This document shows, in pieces, positions 42,101-49,822 of a DNA stretch of 64,000 nucleotides; position 1 is the stretch's first letter; each line of letters opens with the position of its first letter. The translations under genes and the position numbers were made by a program. This DNA is from an uncultured Candidatus Rokubacteria bacterium (lineage in GTDB: Bacteria > Methylomirabilota > Methylomirabilia > Rokubacteriales > CSP1-6), in NCBI GenBank assembly GCA_963762145.1, contig CAVXJS010000007.1:160001-224000 (forward strand). The letters are read 5' to 3'. The notes under the pieces were generated by a model. That model had not been told where the DNA came from and did not search any database. It saw nothing but the letters and a program-made list of their open reading frames with translations.

Positions 42101-42188
42101 GCCGTCGGGCGGCGCGCCGCCCGCTGCGCCCGAGTCGCCGTCGGCGGGCGGACGCGTGGAGTTCGGCATCACGGGAGAGAGCGACTGA
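39150..42188 (+). CDS. DUF748/AsmA-like bridge-type envelope protein
   Basis: N-terminal TM anchor, FNFSDIL, beta-rich repeats, GLPLGLIVALIKDGDGNIHVNVPISG. Confidence 0.85.
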   Translation: MSRRLKTWLIVLALGLVLGVAFVWTLPEIVRWQALKQIPVTTGRTVAIEDIDINLFTGRVAIKKFRLAEPDPAQAFIEFDRLDVRVIPWSPIFGHIRVAEVVLTAPTVNLVRLSPTEFNFSDILARLAASPAPATAPPDDDPQLKSRGTFGLDRFALIRANISVIDRAVKPAGEWKVRDLSIEAGNLTTKPSGPVGNLAVHAALNDSPIELSAQDIDLTPTSFGGKFSIQNFNLLQIRPYLPPTLPVALESGIAGVTMTVKIELGKGPGGLAVGLVAGDVTLASLALAQPGKPTPFLTVPRIAVGLKEVNLVSRTVTVSGVDIDGLDLKAVRDKQEKIDLLALAGKPEAGATGTASSAPLPSPAPAKPAAEKGEPEYKITVEKIALKGAATFTDESVSAPSTQLKLSALAVQVDDVTWPAIRPIGFALNAGLPGGGSIGAKGTVRIEPLDLTLTLTTRDAPIEPYRAYFPFPASFSGRFNADSQNRVRIVNGKLTVLSRGNSWATNLAVTGPDDKEPPLRLERMEINGIDFGWPTHARVNKVLLRKPMNEIVRAADGTLNVQKLFTPTPKPGAPAPPADPKPPVKPTPAGRPEATAPDPLQTMELSFKEIVIEDGYTRFLDQTTQPPFSNDISKLSVSVKDLSNKASQRATVRTQAVIGGDATLDVRGEMAAIGAPTYVNMATELTKLALPSANPYVDGAIAWIIRRGQLTAKLESKIDKDQLDLKNDILISNLRVAPSRPSDEVKKRIGLPLGLIVALIKDGDGNIHVNVPISGTLTDKQFDFSDAIWTAVKNVIVNVLKAPFRAIGGLFTSGDDKIEEVKVDPVVFAAGSAVLGPELERQTVRVGDFLRRAPYVGLTLTSVTTPADVEVLKERAVAARVEKFRQEQGIAELPAALRRYYQVIVKDAQLPVSVEAQMLLLRRREPEPAGPLAELRQRRLEVTRERLAKVEGIPEARLQVLAEGAPGAAASAPPPAGAAPAAPAPSGGAPPAAPESPSAGGRVEFGITGESD

Positions 42189-42237
42189 GCGCTTTGCTAT
42201 ACTACCGGGGTCGTTCGTCGCTCCGAGGAGGTGCGCG

Positions 42238-42567
42238 GTGGCTCATTACGTCATGCTGAGTTCGCTGAGCGAGGCCGGCCGCAAGGTGATCCATGCCCGG
42301 CCCGGCTGGATCCGCAAGGTCAACCGTGAGCTGTCCCGCCGCGGCGCCCGGGTGATCGCCCAGTACGCGGTGCTCGGCCCGTACGACTTCGTGACGGTCC
42401 TGGAGGCGCCCGACAACGAGACCGTCTCGTCCATTTCCATCGAGATGGGCGCGCGCGGCTCGGTCCAGATGATGACGATGCCCGCGATTCCCCTCGACAC
42501 CTTCATCAGTCGCCTCGAGCGCAGCCGCTCCGCGCCGGGACGGAAAGGGAAGCGTCGCCGATCGTGA
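42238..42567 (+). CDS. GYD domain protein
   Basis: QYAVLGPYDFVTVLEAPDNE; GAGGAGG RBS. Confidence 0.85.
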   Translation: MAHYVMLSSLSEAGRKVIHARPGWIRKVNRELSRRGARVIAQYAVLGPYDFVTVLEAPDNETVSSISIEMGARGSVQMMTMPAIPLDTFISRLERSRSAPGRKGKRRRS

Positions 42568-43037
42568 AAGTCCTCGCGCTCCACCCCGAGAAGTGCACCG
42601 GCTGTCTGCGGTGCGAGCTGGCCTGCTCCTACATGCAGACCGGTCTCTTCCAGCCGTCCAAGTCGGTGATCCGGGTCTCGCCCTTCGAGGGTTACACGTC
42701 CTACGCGCCGTACACGTGCACCCAGTGCGCGGAGGGCTGGTGCATGACCGCCTGCCCGGTGGGAGCGATCCAGATCAACGCGGCGGGCGCCAAGGACGTG
42801 ATGGACGACACCTGCGTGGGGTGCAAGCTCTGTACGATCGCCTGCCCCTACGGCACCATGTTCTACGACGGCGACACCCAGAAGGCCTACAAGTGCAACC
42901 TCTGTGGCGGCGCGCCCGCGTGCGCCTCCGCCTGCCCGACCGAGGCGATCACCTTCGAGGACGTGGAGACGGCCGACTGGATCGGGGATTTCGCGGCCGA
43001 GCGCACCGCCCGCGTGCTCGCGGTGGAGGCCCGCTGA
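42564..43037 (+). CDS. 4Fe-4S polyferredoxin subunit (AorA-like)
   Basis: CTGCLRCELAC, CTQC..CMTACP, CVGCKLCTIACP, CNLC..CASACP. Confidence 0.92.
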   Translation: MKVLALHPEKCTGCLRCELACSYMQTGLFQPSKSVIRVSPFEGYTSYAPYTCTQCAEGWCMTACPVGAIQINAAGAKDVMDDTCVGCKLCTIACPYGTMFYDGDTQKAYKCNLCGGAPACASACPTEAITFEDVETADWIGDFAAERTARVLAVEAR

Positions 43038-44390
43038 TGCCCGCCCGTCACCTGATCGTCGGCGGCGGCACCGCGGGGCTGAACGCGATCCGGACGATTA
43101 GAGAGGAAGAACGGTTGATCGGCATGGATGCCTCCGAGATCACCCTGGTCTCGGCCGAGCGGCCCTATTCCCGGATGGTCCTGCCCTATTACCTCTGGGG
43201 CACCATCTCCGAGAGCCATGTGTATACTGCGCCGCCGGCGTCACTGACCGCCTGGAAGGTGAAGGCCCTGGTCGGACGGAAGGCCAAGGCCCTCGACCCG
43301 GCCGCCCGGACCCTCACCCTGGACGACGACGCGAAGGTGGAGTTCGACGACTGTCTGATCGCCACCGGCTCGCGGGCCGCCAAGGCGCCCATCCCGGGGG
43401 CCGACGGTCCCGGGATCCACTGCTTCTGGACGCTGGACGAGGCCAAGGACGTGGTGGCCGGCATCGCGCCGGGCAGCCGCGTGGTCATGGTCGGGGCCGG
43501 GTTCATCGCGTTCACGATCCTCAACGCGATCCTGGCCCGCGGGGCCAAGCTCACGATCGTGGAGGTGGCGCCGCGCATCCTGCCGCGCATGGTCGACGAC
43601 GCGTGCGCGGGCATCGTGCAGGGATGGCTCGAGGCCCACGGCGTGGCGGTGCGTACCGGCGCCACCGTGACGAAGATCGAGCAGGCCGGCGGCAAGCGGA
43701 AGCTCTCCTTCAAGAAGGGCGAGCCGCTCACCGCGGACCTCGTGATCATGGCCACCGGCATCCGCACCAATCTCGAGTGGCTCGAAGGCTCGGGCATCGA
43801 GACGGCCCGCGAAGCCCCCGGCGGGATCATCGTGGACGACCACCTGCGCTCGAGCGTCAAGACCGTGTACGCGGCGGGCGACGTGGCGCGCGGGCGCAAC
43901 CTGATCACCGGCGCGGCCGAGGTGCACGCCATCGAGCCGACCGCCCAGGAGCACGGGCGGGTGGTCGGCGCCAACATGGCGGGCCGCGACGTGGCCTATC
44001 GCGGCAGCCTGCTCATGAACATCGTCGAGGTCGCGCATCTGGACGTGGCCTCGTTCGGCCAGTGGGAGGATCCGAAGGCCGAGGTCTACACCGCGCTGCG
44101 CGCCGGCCGCTCGGAGTACCGCAAGCTGCTCTTCCACGGCGGGCGGCTCGACCGGCGCGGTCATCTGCGGGCCCGCGGAGGCGGTGTGGACGACCAACGA
44201 CGTCGGCATGCTGAAGGGCCTCGTCTACTCGGGGGTGGATCTCTCGACCTGGAAGGCGCACCTCCAGAAGAACCCGTTCGACGTCAAGCCCGCGTTCATC
44301 GCGCTCCACACGACCTCGCGGCTGCTGCCTCAGACCATCCTGGGCCGGCCCTCTCAATCACCCCAGCTGCCCCAAACGGTGGCCCTATGA
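43037..44390 (+). CDS. FAD/NAD-dependent oxidoreductase (AorC-like), one indel near 44150
   Basis: IVGGGTAG, IATGS, GAGFIA, YAAGDVA. Confidence 0.85.
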
Positions 44391-46297
44391 GCCCGACCGC
44401 GACCACGACCCGCGCTGCCGCCAAGCCCGCGGCGGCGCCGATCTACGCCTACGCCGGCAAGCTCCTTCGCGTGAACCTGTCGACCGGCAAGACCTGGACC
44501 GAGGCCTGGAGCGAAGCTGACCGGCGCGAGTACCTCGGCGGCATCGGGCTCGGCGCCAAGATCCTCTACGACGAGGTCGGCCCCAAGGTGCAGTGGGACC
44601 ACCCCGACAACCGCTTCATCATGGCCACCGGTCCGCTGGCCGGCCTGCCGGTGTGGGGGACGGGCGGGCTCACCGTCATCACCCGCGGCGCGCTGACCGG
44701 CGGCGCCACGTCCACTCAGGCCAACGGCTTCTTCGGCGCCGCGCTCAAGTACTCGGGCTACGACGCGATCGTGATGCAGGGGCAGGCCAAGAAGCTCTCC
44801 TACCTCTATATCAACGACGACGTGGTCGAGGTGCGCGACGCGGCCCACCTGGCCGGCAAGGACACGTGGGAGACCCAGCAGGCGCTCGAGACCGAGCACG
44901 GGCTCTCCGGCCACCGGCTCTCGGTCTACGCCATCGGCCCCGCGGGGGAGAACCTGGTGCGCTTCGCGGCCATCCACGGCGACTACGGGCACGTGGCCTC
45001 CAAGAACGGCTGCGGCGCGGTGATGGGCAAGAAGAAGCTCAAGGCGGTGTGCATCGTGCGCGGCACCAAGGCGCTGGCCGCCCACGACGCCCGCGGGCTC
45101 ATCCAGGTGGCCGACGACATCGCGCACGACCTCAAGACGGACCCGTCGACCTCCACGCTCTACAACCTGGGTACGCTCCCGGGCGTGGTGAACCTCTCGA
45201 AGCTCGGGGCGCTGCCGATCAAGAACTACACGACCAATCTCACCGGCGACGTGGACATGAAGGAGTGGGAGGGCCGGAAGCTCCGCGAGGGCTTCGACCA
45301 CCGTGGGCATCAGTGCAACGCCTGCGGCATGCGTCACTGCCACATCCAGGTGATCCCGAGCGGCCCGCACGCGGGTGACCGCGTCGACGAGCCCGAGTAC
45401 GAGGGCTGGTCGGGCGCGGGCTGGACCATCGGCCTCACCGAGAAGGTCCCGGTCTCCTGGCTGAACACGCAGATCGACCGGGCCTGCGTCGACGTCAACG
45501 AGTTCGGCTGGGTCTGCGGCTGGGTGATGGAGTGCATGGAGAAGGGGTATCTCACCGAGAAGCAGGTGGGCTTCCGCCTCACGTGGGGCGACGTCGAGGG
45601 CGCCAACAAGCTCCTCCAGATGATCAGCCACCGGCAGGGCTTCGGCGACATCTTGGCCGAGGGGGTCAAGCGCGCCTCCGAGAAGATCGGGGGCAAGGCG
45701 GCCGAGTGTGCGGTTTACACCATGAAGGGCGCCTCCCCGCGCGGCCACGATCACCGTGGGCGGTGGGAAGAGATGCTCGACACGTGCACGTCGTCCAACG
45801 GGACGATGGAGAGCGCCAACCCCACGTTCCAGACCGAGGTCGGCGCCCCCGGCCGCATCAATCCCTTCGACGGCGAGCAGGTGGCCAAGCTGGTCGGCAT
45901 GATCCGCGGCCGGCGCCACTTCGAGGACTCGCTGGGCGGCTGCTCGTTCACCTTCCGCACCCGGATGGCCAATCTGGCGAGCGCGCTCTCCGCCGCGACC
46001 GGCTGGGACTTTCGTCTGAAGGACGCGGTGCGCTTCGGCAATCGCACCGCCGCGATCCTGCGCGCCTTCAACCTCCGCTGCGGAATCGGCACCGAGGTCG
46101 AGTACCCATCGGCCCGCTACGGCTCGCAGCCGGTCGACGGCCCGGCCAAGGAGCACGACGTTCGCAAGCACTGGGACCGGATGCTCGAGGTCTGGTACGA
46201 GACGGTCAACTACGACCGCAAGACCGGCAAGCCCAAGCGGGACCTCTTGCGCTCGCTCGACCTCGGTTGGCTCGAAAAAGACCTCTACCGGAAGTAG
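44387..46297 (+). CDS. Aldehyde:ferredoxin oxidoreductase family (W/Mo-pterin) subunit
   Basis: YAGKLLRVNLS, IGPAGENLV, GAVMG.KKLKA, CNACGMRHC, EPEYE. Confidence 0.9.
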   Translation: MSPTATTTRAAAKPAAAPIYAYAGKLLRVNLSTGKTWTEAWSEADRREYLGGIGLGAKILYDEVGPKVQWDHPDNRFIMATGPLAGLPVWGTGGLTVITRGALTGGATSTQANGFFGAALKYSGYDAIVMQGQAKKLSYLYINDDVVEVRDAAHLAGKDTWETQQALETEHGLSGHRLSVYAIGPAGENLVRFAAIHGDYGHVASKNGCGAVMGKKKLKAVCIVRGTKALAAHDARGLIQVADDIAHDLKTDPSTSTLYNLGTLPGVVNLSKLGALPIKNYTTNLTGDVDMKEWEGRKLREGFDHRGHQCNACGMRHCHIQVIPSGPHAGDRVDEPEYEGWSGAGWTIGLTEKVPVSWLNTQIDRACVDVNEFGWVCGWVMECMEKGYLTEKQVGFRLTWGDVEGANKLLQMISHRQGFGDILAEGVKRASEKIGGKAAECAVYTMKGASPRGHDHRGRWEEMLDTCTSSNGTMESANPTFQTEVGAPGRINPFDGEQVAKLVGMIRGRRHFEDSLGGCSFTFRTRMANLASALSAATGWDFRLKDAVRFGNRTAAILRAFNLRCGIGTEVEYPSARYGSQPVDGPAKEHDVRKHWDRMLEVWYETVNYDRKTGKPKRDLLRSLDLGWLEKDLYRK

Positions 46298-46307
46298 ACG
46301 GCAGAGT

Positions 46308-46354
46308 GCCGCAGTTGTCTGGCGAGGCGCAGCCGAAGGCGAGCCGAGCGAATA
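46308..46354 (+). repeat. Mini-hairpin element family B, copy 2; its 3' end runs into the MoaD ATG
   Basis: gccgcagttgtctggcgaggcgcagccgaaggcgagccgagcgaata(tg). Confidence 0.85.
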
Positions 46355-46659
46355 TGCAATCCCGAGCGCACATAGAAGTCACCACGTGGGTGACCAAGCA
46401 CGTGGGGGGCGACGGCACCGGCAGCAAGCAGTTCGACGAGGCGATCGGGCGAGGGGATACCCCGCGGACCGTGTTGCGCCGCTTCACCCACCGCTTCCCC
46501 GAGCTCGACTCGGCCCTCTGGAGTCCCGACCACTCCGAGCTCGGCTCGCACATCGAGGTCGTCGTCAACGACGAGGTGCTGGGCGTCGCCTACGATCTGG
46601 ACACGCCCCTGACCGGCGGCGAGCGCATCACGCTGCTCGGCCAGTTCATGGGCGGCTAG
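46354..46659 (+). CDS. MoaD/ThiS family sulfur carrier
   Basis: VVVND, C-terminal MGG, follows the AOR gene. Confidence 0.82.
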   Translation: MQSRAHIEVTTWVTKHVGGDGTGSKQFDEAIGRGDTPRTVLRRFTHRFPELDSALWSPDHSELGSHIEVVVNDEVLGVAYDLDTPLTGGERITLLGQFMGG

Positions 46660-46680
46660 GGACGCGCGGGCCGCTTCAAC

Positions 46681-47016
46681 ATGAGCGAAGCACCGCGGGG
46701 ATTCGCCTGTGACCTCGGAGCACTGAGCGCAGACGAGCGCGCTCGGCGGTCGACCCTCGCGTCTCGGGTGTTTGCTCGCTTCCGGGAGGTGCGGGAGCTG
46801 GGGGATGGCTACGCGGGCTGCCTCGATCCGGACCCCGCGATCGTCCGGGACGCGCTCGACTGGCTGCTCCTGGAGCGCCGCTGCTGTCCGTTTCTGCGGC
46901 TCGAGCTTTCCTTCGAGCCGGCCCCCGGGCCGGTCTGGATGCGGTTCGAGGGCGGCTCCGGGGTCAAGGAGTTCCTTGCCTCGGCCGGCTTGAAGGTCTC
47001 TCCTCCCACCCGCTAG
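46681..47016 (+). CDS. Hypothetical protein with ERxCCPF motif (MerR/metal-associated type)
   Basis: FACDLGAL...ERRCCPFL. Confidence 0.7.
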   Translation: MSEAPRGFACDLGALSADERARRSTLASRVFARFREVRELGDGYAGCLDPDPAIVRDALDWLLLERRCCPFLRLELSFEPAPGPVWMRFEGGSGVKEFLASAGLKVSPPTR

Positions 47017-48179
47017 CTCTCGCGGAGCACGCCCTCCAGCAGCGCGAGCATCCGGTCGATCTCCTCGCGCGAGACATTGAGCGCGGGCATGAACCGCAGC
47101 GAGTCCGGGCGCGGTGCGTTGATCAGCAGGCCGCGGTCCATCGCGCTGCGGGCCACCTTGCCCGCATCCTTACCCTTGAGCTCCAACGCCAGGAGAAGAC
47201 CCCGCCCGCGCACCTCGCCGTGCCCGAGGGCGGTCGAGAGCGCCCGCAGCCGGTCGGCCAGGTACGCGCCCTTGGCGGTGACGTCGGCGAGGAACTCGGG
47301 CCGCCGCACGGTCTCGACCACCGCGGAGCCGATGGCGGCCATCAGCGGGGAGCCGTTGAAGGTGCCGCCCTGGTCGCCGAACTCGAAGCAGCACACGGGC
47401 TCCGCCGCGACGAGGGCGGCCAGCGGCACGCCGCCGCCCAGCCCCTTGCCGAGCGTGAGGATGTCGGGCTCGACGCCGGCGTGCTCGAAGCCGAAGAAGC
47501 GGCCGGTGCGCCCGATGCCGGTCTGGATCTCGTCGAGGATCAGCAGCAGCCCTTCATGGCGGGTGAGGGCCCGCAGCCCGCGCAGGAAGACGTCCTCCGC
47601 CAGGTAGACGCCCGCCTCGCCCTGGATGGGCTCGAGCATGATCCCGACCGTCTGCGGCGTGATCGCGCGCTTCACCGCGTCGAGATCGCCGAGCGGCACC
47701 TTGGTGAAGCCCGAGACCTTGGGCTCGAAGAGCCCCTCCCACGCCGACTTGCCCGACGCGGCCATCGTGGCCAGGGTGCGGCCGTGGAAGCCGTGATCCA
47801 TCGTGATGATGTGGTAGGCCCCGTCGCGGTGGCGCGCGCCCCACTTCCGCGCGAGCTTGATCGCCCCCTCGTTGGCCTCGGCGCCCGAGTTGCAGAAGAA
47901 GACCTGGGCGAGCCCGGAGGCGTGCGTGAGCAGGGTGGCGAGCCGCGCCATCTCCGCGTTGTAGTACGCGGGGCTGCAGTTGATCAGGCGGCGCGCCTGG
48001 AAGGCGATCGTCTCCGCGATGATCTCGGGGGTGTGGCCGAGGCAGTTCACCGCCCAGCCCTGCACGAAGTCGAGGTAGCGCTTGCCCTCCTCGTCCTCGA
48101 GCCAGGAGCCGTGGCCCTCCACCATCACGACCGGGGGCCGATCCGCCACCTTCATCACCGCGGTCAGATCCGTGCTCAT
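47013..48179 (-). CDS. argD: Acetylornithine aminotransferase
   Basis: NSGAEANE, FHGRT, EPIQGEAG, DEIQTG, LGKGLGGG. Confidence 0.92.
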   Translation of the reverse strand: MSTDLTAVMKVADRPPVVMVEGHGSWLEDEEGKRYLDFVQGWAVNCLGHTPEIIAETIAFQARRLINCSPAYYNAEMARLATLLTHASGLAQVFFCNSGAEANEGAIKLARKWGARHRDGAYHIITMDHGFHGRTLATMAASGKSAWEGLFEPKVSGFTKVPLGDLDAVKRAITPQTVGIMLEPIQGEAGVYLAEDVFLRGLRALTRHEGLLLILDEIQTGIGRTGRFFGFEHAGVEPDILTLGKGLGGGVPLAALVAAEPVCCFEFGDQGGTFNGSPLMAAIGSAVVETVRRPEFLADVTAKGAYLADRLRALSTALGHGEVRGRGLLLALELKGKDAGKVARSAMDRGLLINAPRPDSLRFMPALNVSREEIDRMLALLEGVLRES

Positions 48180-48664
48180 GCCATTCTCTCCAGTTGGGGT
48201 TGGCCGTTGCCGTCCGCCACGGCGGGACGCTCGGCGCGCCGCTCCATGAGCCGGTCCGGGTAACGCGCGTCGCGGAAGCCGTGCCGGCGGTACAGCCCCT
48301 GCGCGTCCCGCGTGAACAGGGTCCAGAGGCGCAGATTCTGGAGCTCGGGATGGCTCGTGATGCAGGCCATGATCCGGTTGCCCACACCCCGGCCGCGGTG
48401 GCCGTCCAGCACGAAGACGTCGCAGACGTAGGCGAACGTCGCGCGGTCGCTGATGACGCGCGCGAACCCCACCTGGCGGCCGCCGTCGAAGGCGCCGAAG
48501 CAGATCGAGTGGCGGATGGACCGCTCCATGACGTCCCGGGAAATCCCGGCGGCCCAGTAGGACGTCCCGGCGAGGAAGGCGTGGATCGTGTCCAGGTCGA
48601 GCCGCGCCGGATCCGTCGTGACCAGGATGCCGCCGTCATACCGCTCGTGGGGCACGGCGCTCAC
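48176..48664 (-). CDS. GNAT N-acetyltransferase
   Basis: SYWAAG, VGFARVISD, HRGRGVG, LYRRHGF; 4-bp overlaps with both neighbours. Confidence 0.88.
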   Translation of the reverse strand: MSAVPHERYDGGILVTTDPARLDLDTIHAFLAGTSYWAAGISRDVMERSIRHSICFGAFDGGRQVGFARVISDRATFAYVCDVFVLDGHRGRGVGNRIMACITSHPELQNLRLWTLFTRDAQGLYRRHGFRDARYPDRLMERRAERPAVADGNGQPQLERMA

Positions 48665-49152
48665 GCTCCTTTCCTCGCGCCGAGGGGAGCGCGCAGGCGC
48701 CGCTCGAGGAGCCGGGCCGCGGCGGGTCCGGAGGCGGCCACGAACACCGTGTCGTCGCCCGCGATGGTGCCGACCACCTCGGGCAGGTCGGCCTCGTCGA
48801 GGACGCGGGCGAGGGGATGGGCTCCCGCGGGCGGCGTGCGCACCACCACGAGCGAGGCGGCGGCGCGCACCGACAGCACGAACTCGCCCACCGCCCGGTC
48901 GAGCGCGCTCCGCCGCGTCTCGGGAGGCACGAAGGCGCCCGCGGGGGTGGTCACGTAGCCGGTCGGGGTCTTGGCGAGCCCGAGCGTCTTGAGGTCCCGG
49001 GAGAGGGTGGGCTGGGCGACCGCGATACCGCGGCGCCGGAGCCGGCGCTGGAGCTCCTCCTGCGAGCGGACCCCGCCCCGGTCCACGAGGGCGAGGATCT
49101 CGCGCCGCCGCCGGCCGGTCTCGCCGCCTTCCGACGCATATATATTTTTCAT
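48661..49152 (-). CDS. argR: Arginine repressor
   Basis: SQEEL, QPTLSRDL, GTIAGDDT. Confidence 0.92.
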   Translation of the reverse strand: MKNIYASEGGETGRRRREILALVDRGGVRSQEELQRRLRRRGIAVAQPTLSRDLKTLGLAKTPTGYVTTPAGAFVPPETRRSALDRAVGEFVLSVRAAASLVVVRTPPAGAHPLARVLDEADLPEVVGTIAGDDTVFVAASGPAAARLLERRLRAPLGARKGA

Positions 49153-49190
49153 GGTGAATATTAATACACCGAGGAGACGGGGAGGGTCAA
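49135..49190 (-). promoter_or_regulatory. argR promoter (TTGACC-18-TATTAA) overlapped by an ARG box
   Basis: TGAATATTAATACA (49155-49168) matches the TG(A/C)ATnnnnATnCA core; adjacent weaker AT-rich box over the start codon. Confidence 0.75.
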
Positions 49191-49249
49191 GCGCGATCTT
49201 GCGGGGCCCGGTTGCGCCGGCGGCGCGGGCGGGGTAGCGTGGCCGCGCG

Positions 49250-49822
49250 ATGTCTCGACGCGCGTGGATGTGGGGCGTGCCGGGTGCGGTGCTGGTGGTG
49301 GCCGCCCTCGGCTTCTTTTACGTCACGTCCACGCCACGCTACGCGCTGTACAGTCTCGGGATAGCCACCCAGCGCCACGACGTGGCGGCCGCCGAGCGCT
49401 ACTTCGACGTGGAGCGGATCGCGGACGCCGCCGCGGACGTGATCGTGGCCGACTACCTCGCGCGCCAGCCCGCGCCCACCACCGCCGCCGAGTCGAACGG
49501 GCGCCAGCTCCTCGGCAGCATCGTCAAGCGCCGCGTGCGGCCGCAGGTGATCACGCGGGTGCGGCAGGAGATCCGGCGCAGCGTGGAGCGGGCCGGAGTC
49601 CACGCGACCTCGCTCATGCTCCCGATCGGCGTGCTCGCGGTCCTCCGGGGCTTCGAGGTGTCGAGCGCCGGGCCCGACGTCTGGGTCACCTACCGCGACC
49701 CGGTCCAGGGCCCCGTCCGCTTCCGGATGGGCCGCCAGGCCGACGGGGGCTGGCAGATCCGCGAGTTCGATCCGGAGTGGGTGCGCCGCCGGGTGCACGA
49801 GGAGCCGGCGCGGATCCGCTAG
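49250..49822 (+). CDS. DUF2939-like membrane-anchored protein
   Basis: N-terminal TM then TPRYALYSL..A...D....RYFD. Confidence 0.6.
   Translation: MSRRAWMWGVPGAVLVVAALGFFYVTSTPRYALYSLGIATQRHDVAAAERYFDVERIADAAADVIVADYLARQPAPTTAAESNGRQLLGSIVKRRVRPQVITRVRQEIRRSVERAGVHATSLMLPIGVLAVLRGFEVSSAGPDVWVTYRDPVQGPVRFRMGRQADGGWQIREFDPEWVRRRVHEEPARIR

Noticed and set aside
38058-42188. 1376-aa ORF joining the dehydrogenase region and DUF748
   Set aside because: The upstream part is chance open frame; mmsB stops at 39133 and DUF748 starts at 39150.
42593-46297. Apparent 1234-aa FAD oxidoreductase-AOR fusion
   Set aside because: A single indel near 44150 joins the frames; the proper C-terminus ends at 44390 with an ATGA overlap to the AOR start.
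49686-49822. 137-bp convergent overlap of trpEG with the neighbouring gene
   Set aside because: The extension is low-complexity nonsense; a shared CTAG at 49819-49822 would give tail-to-tail stops with a 1-nt correction.
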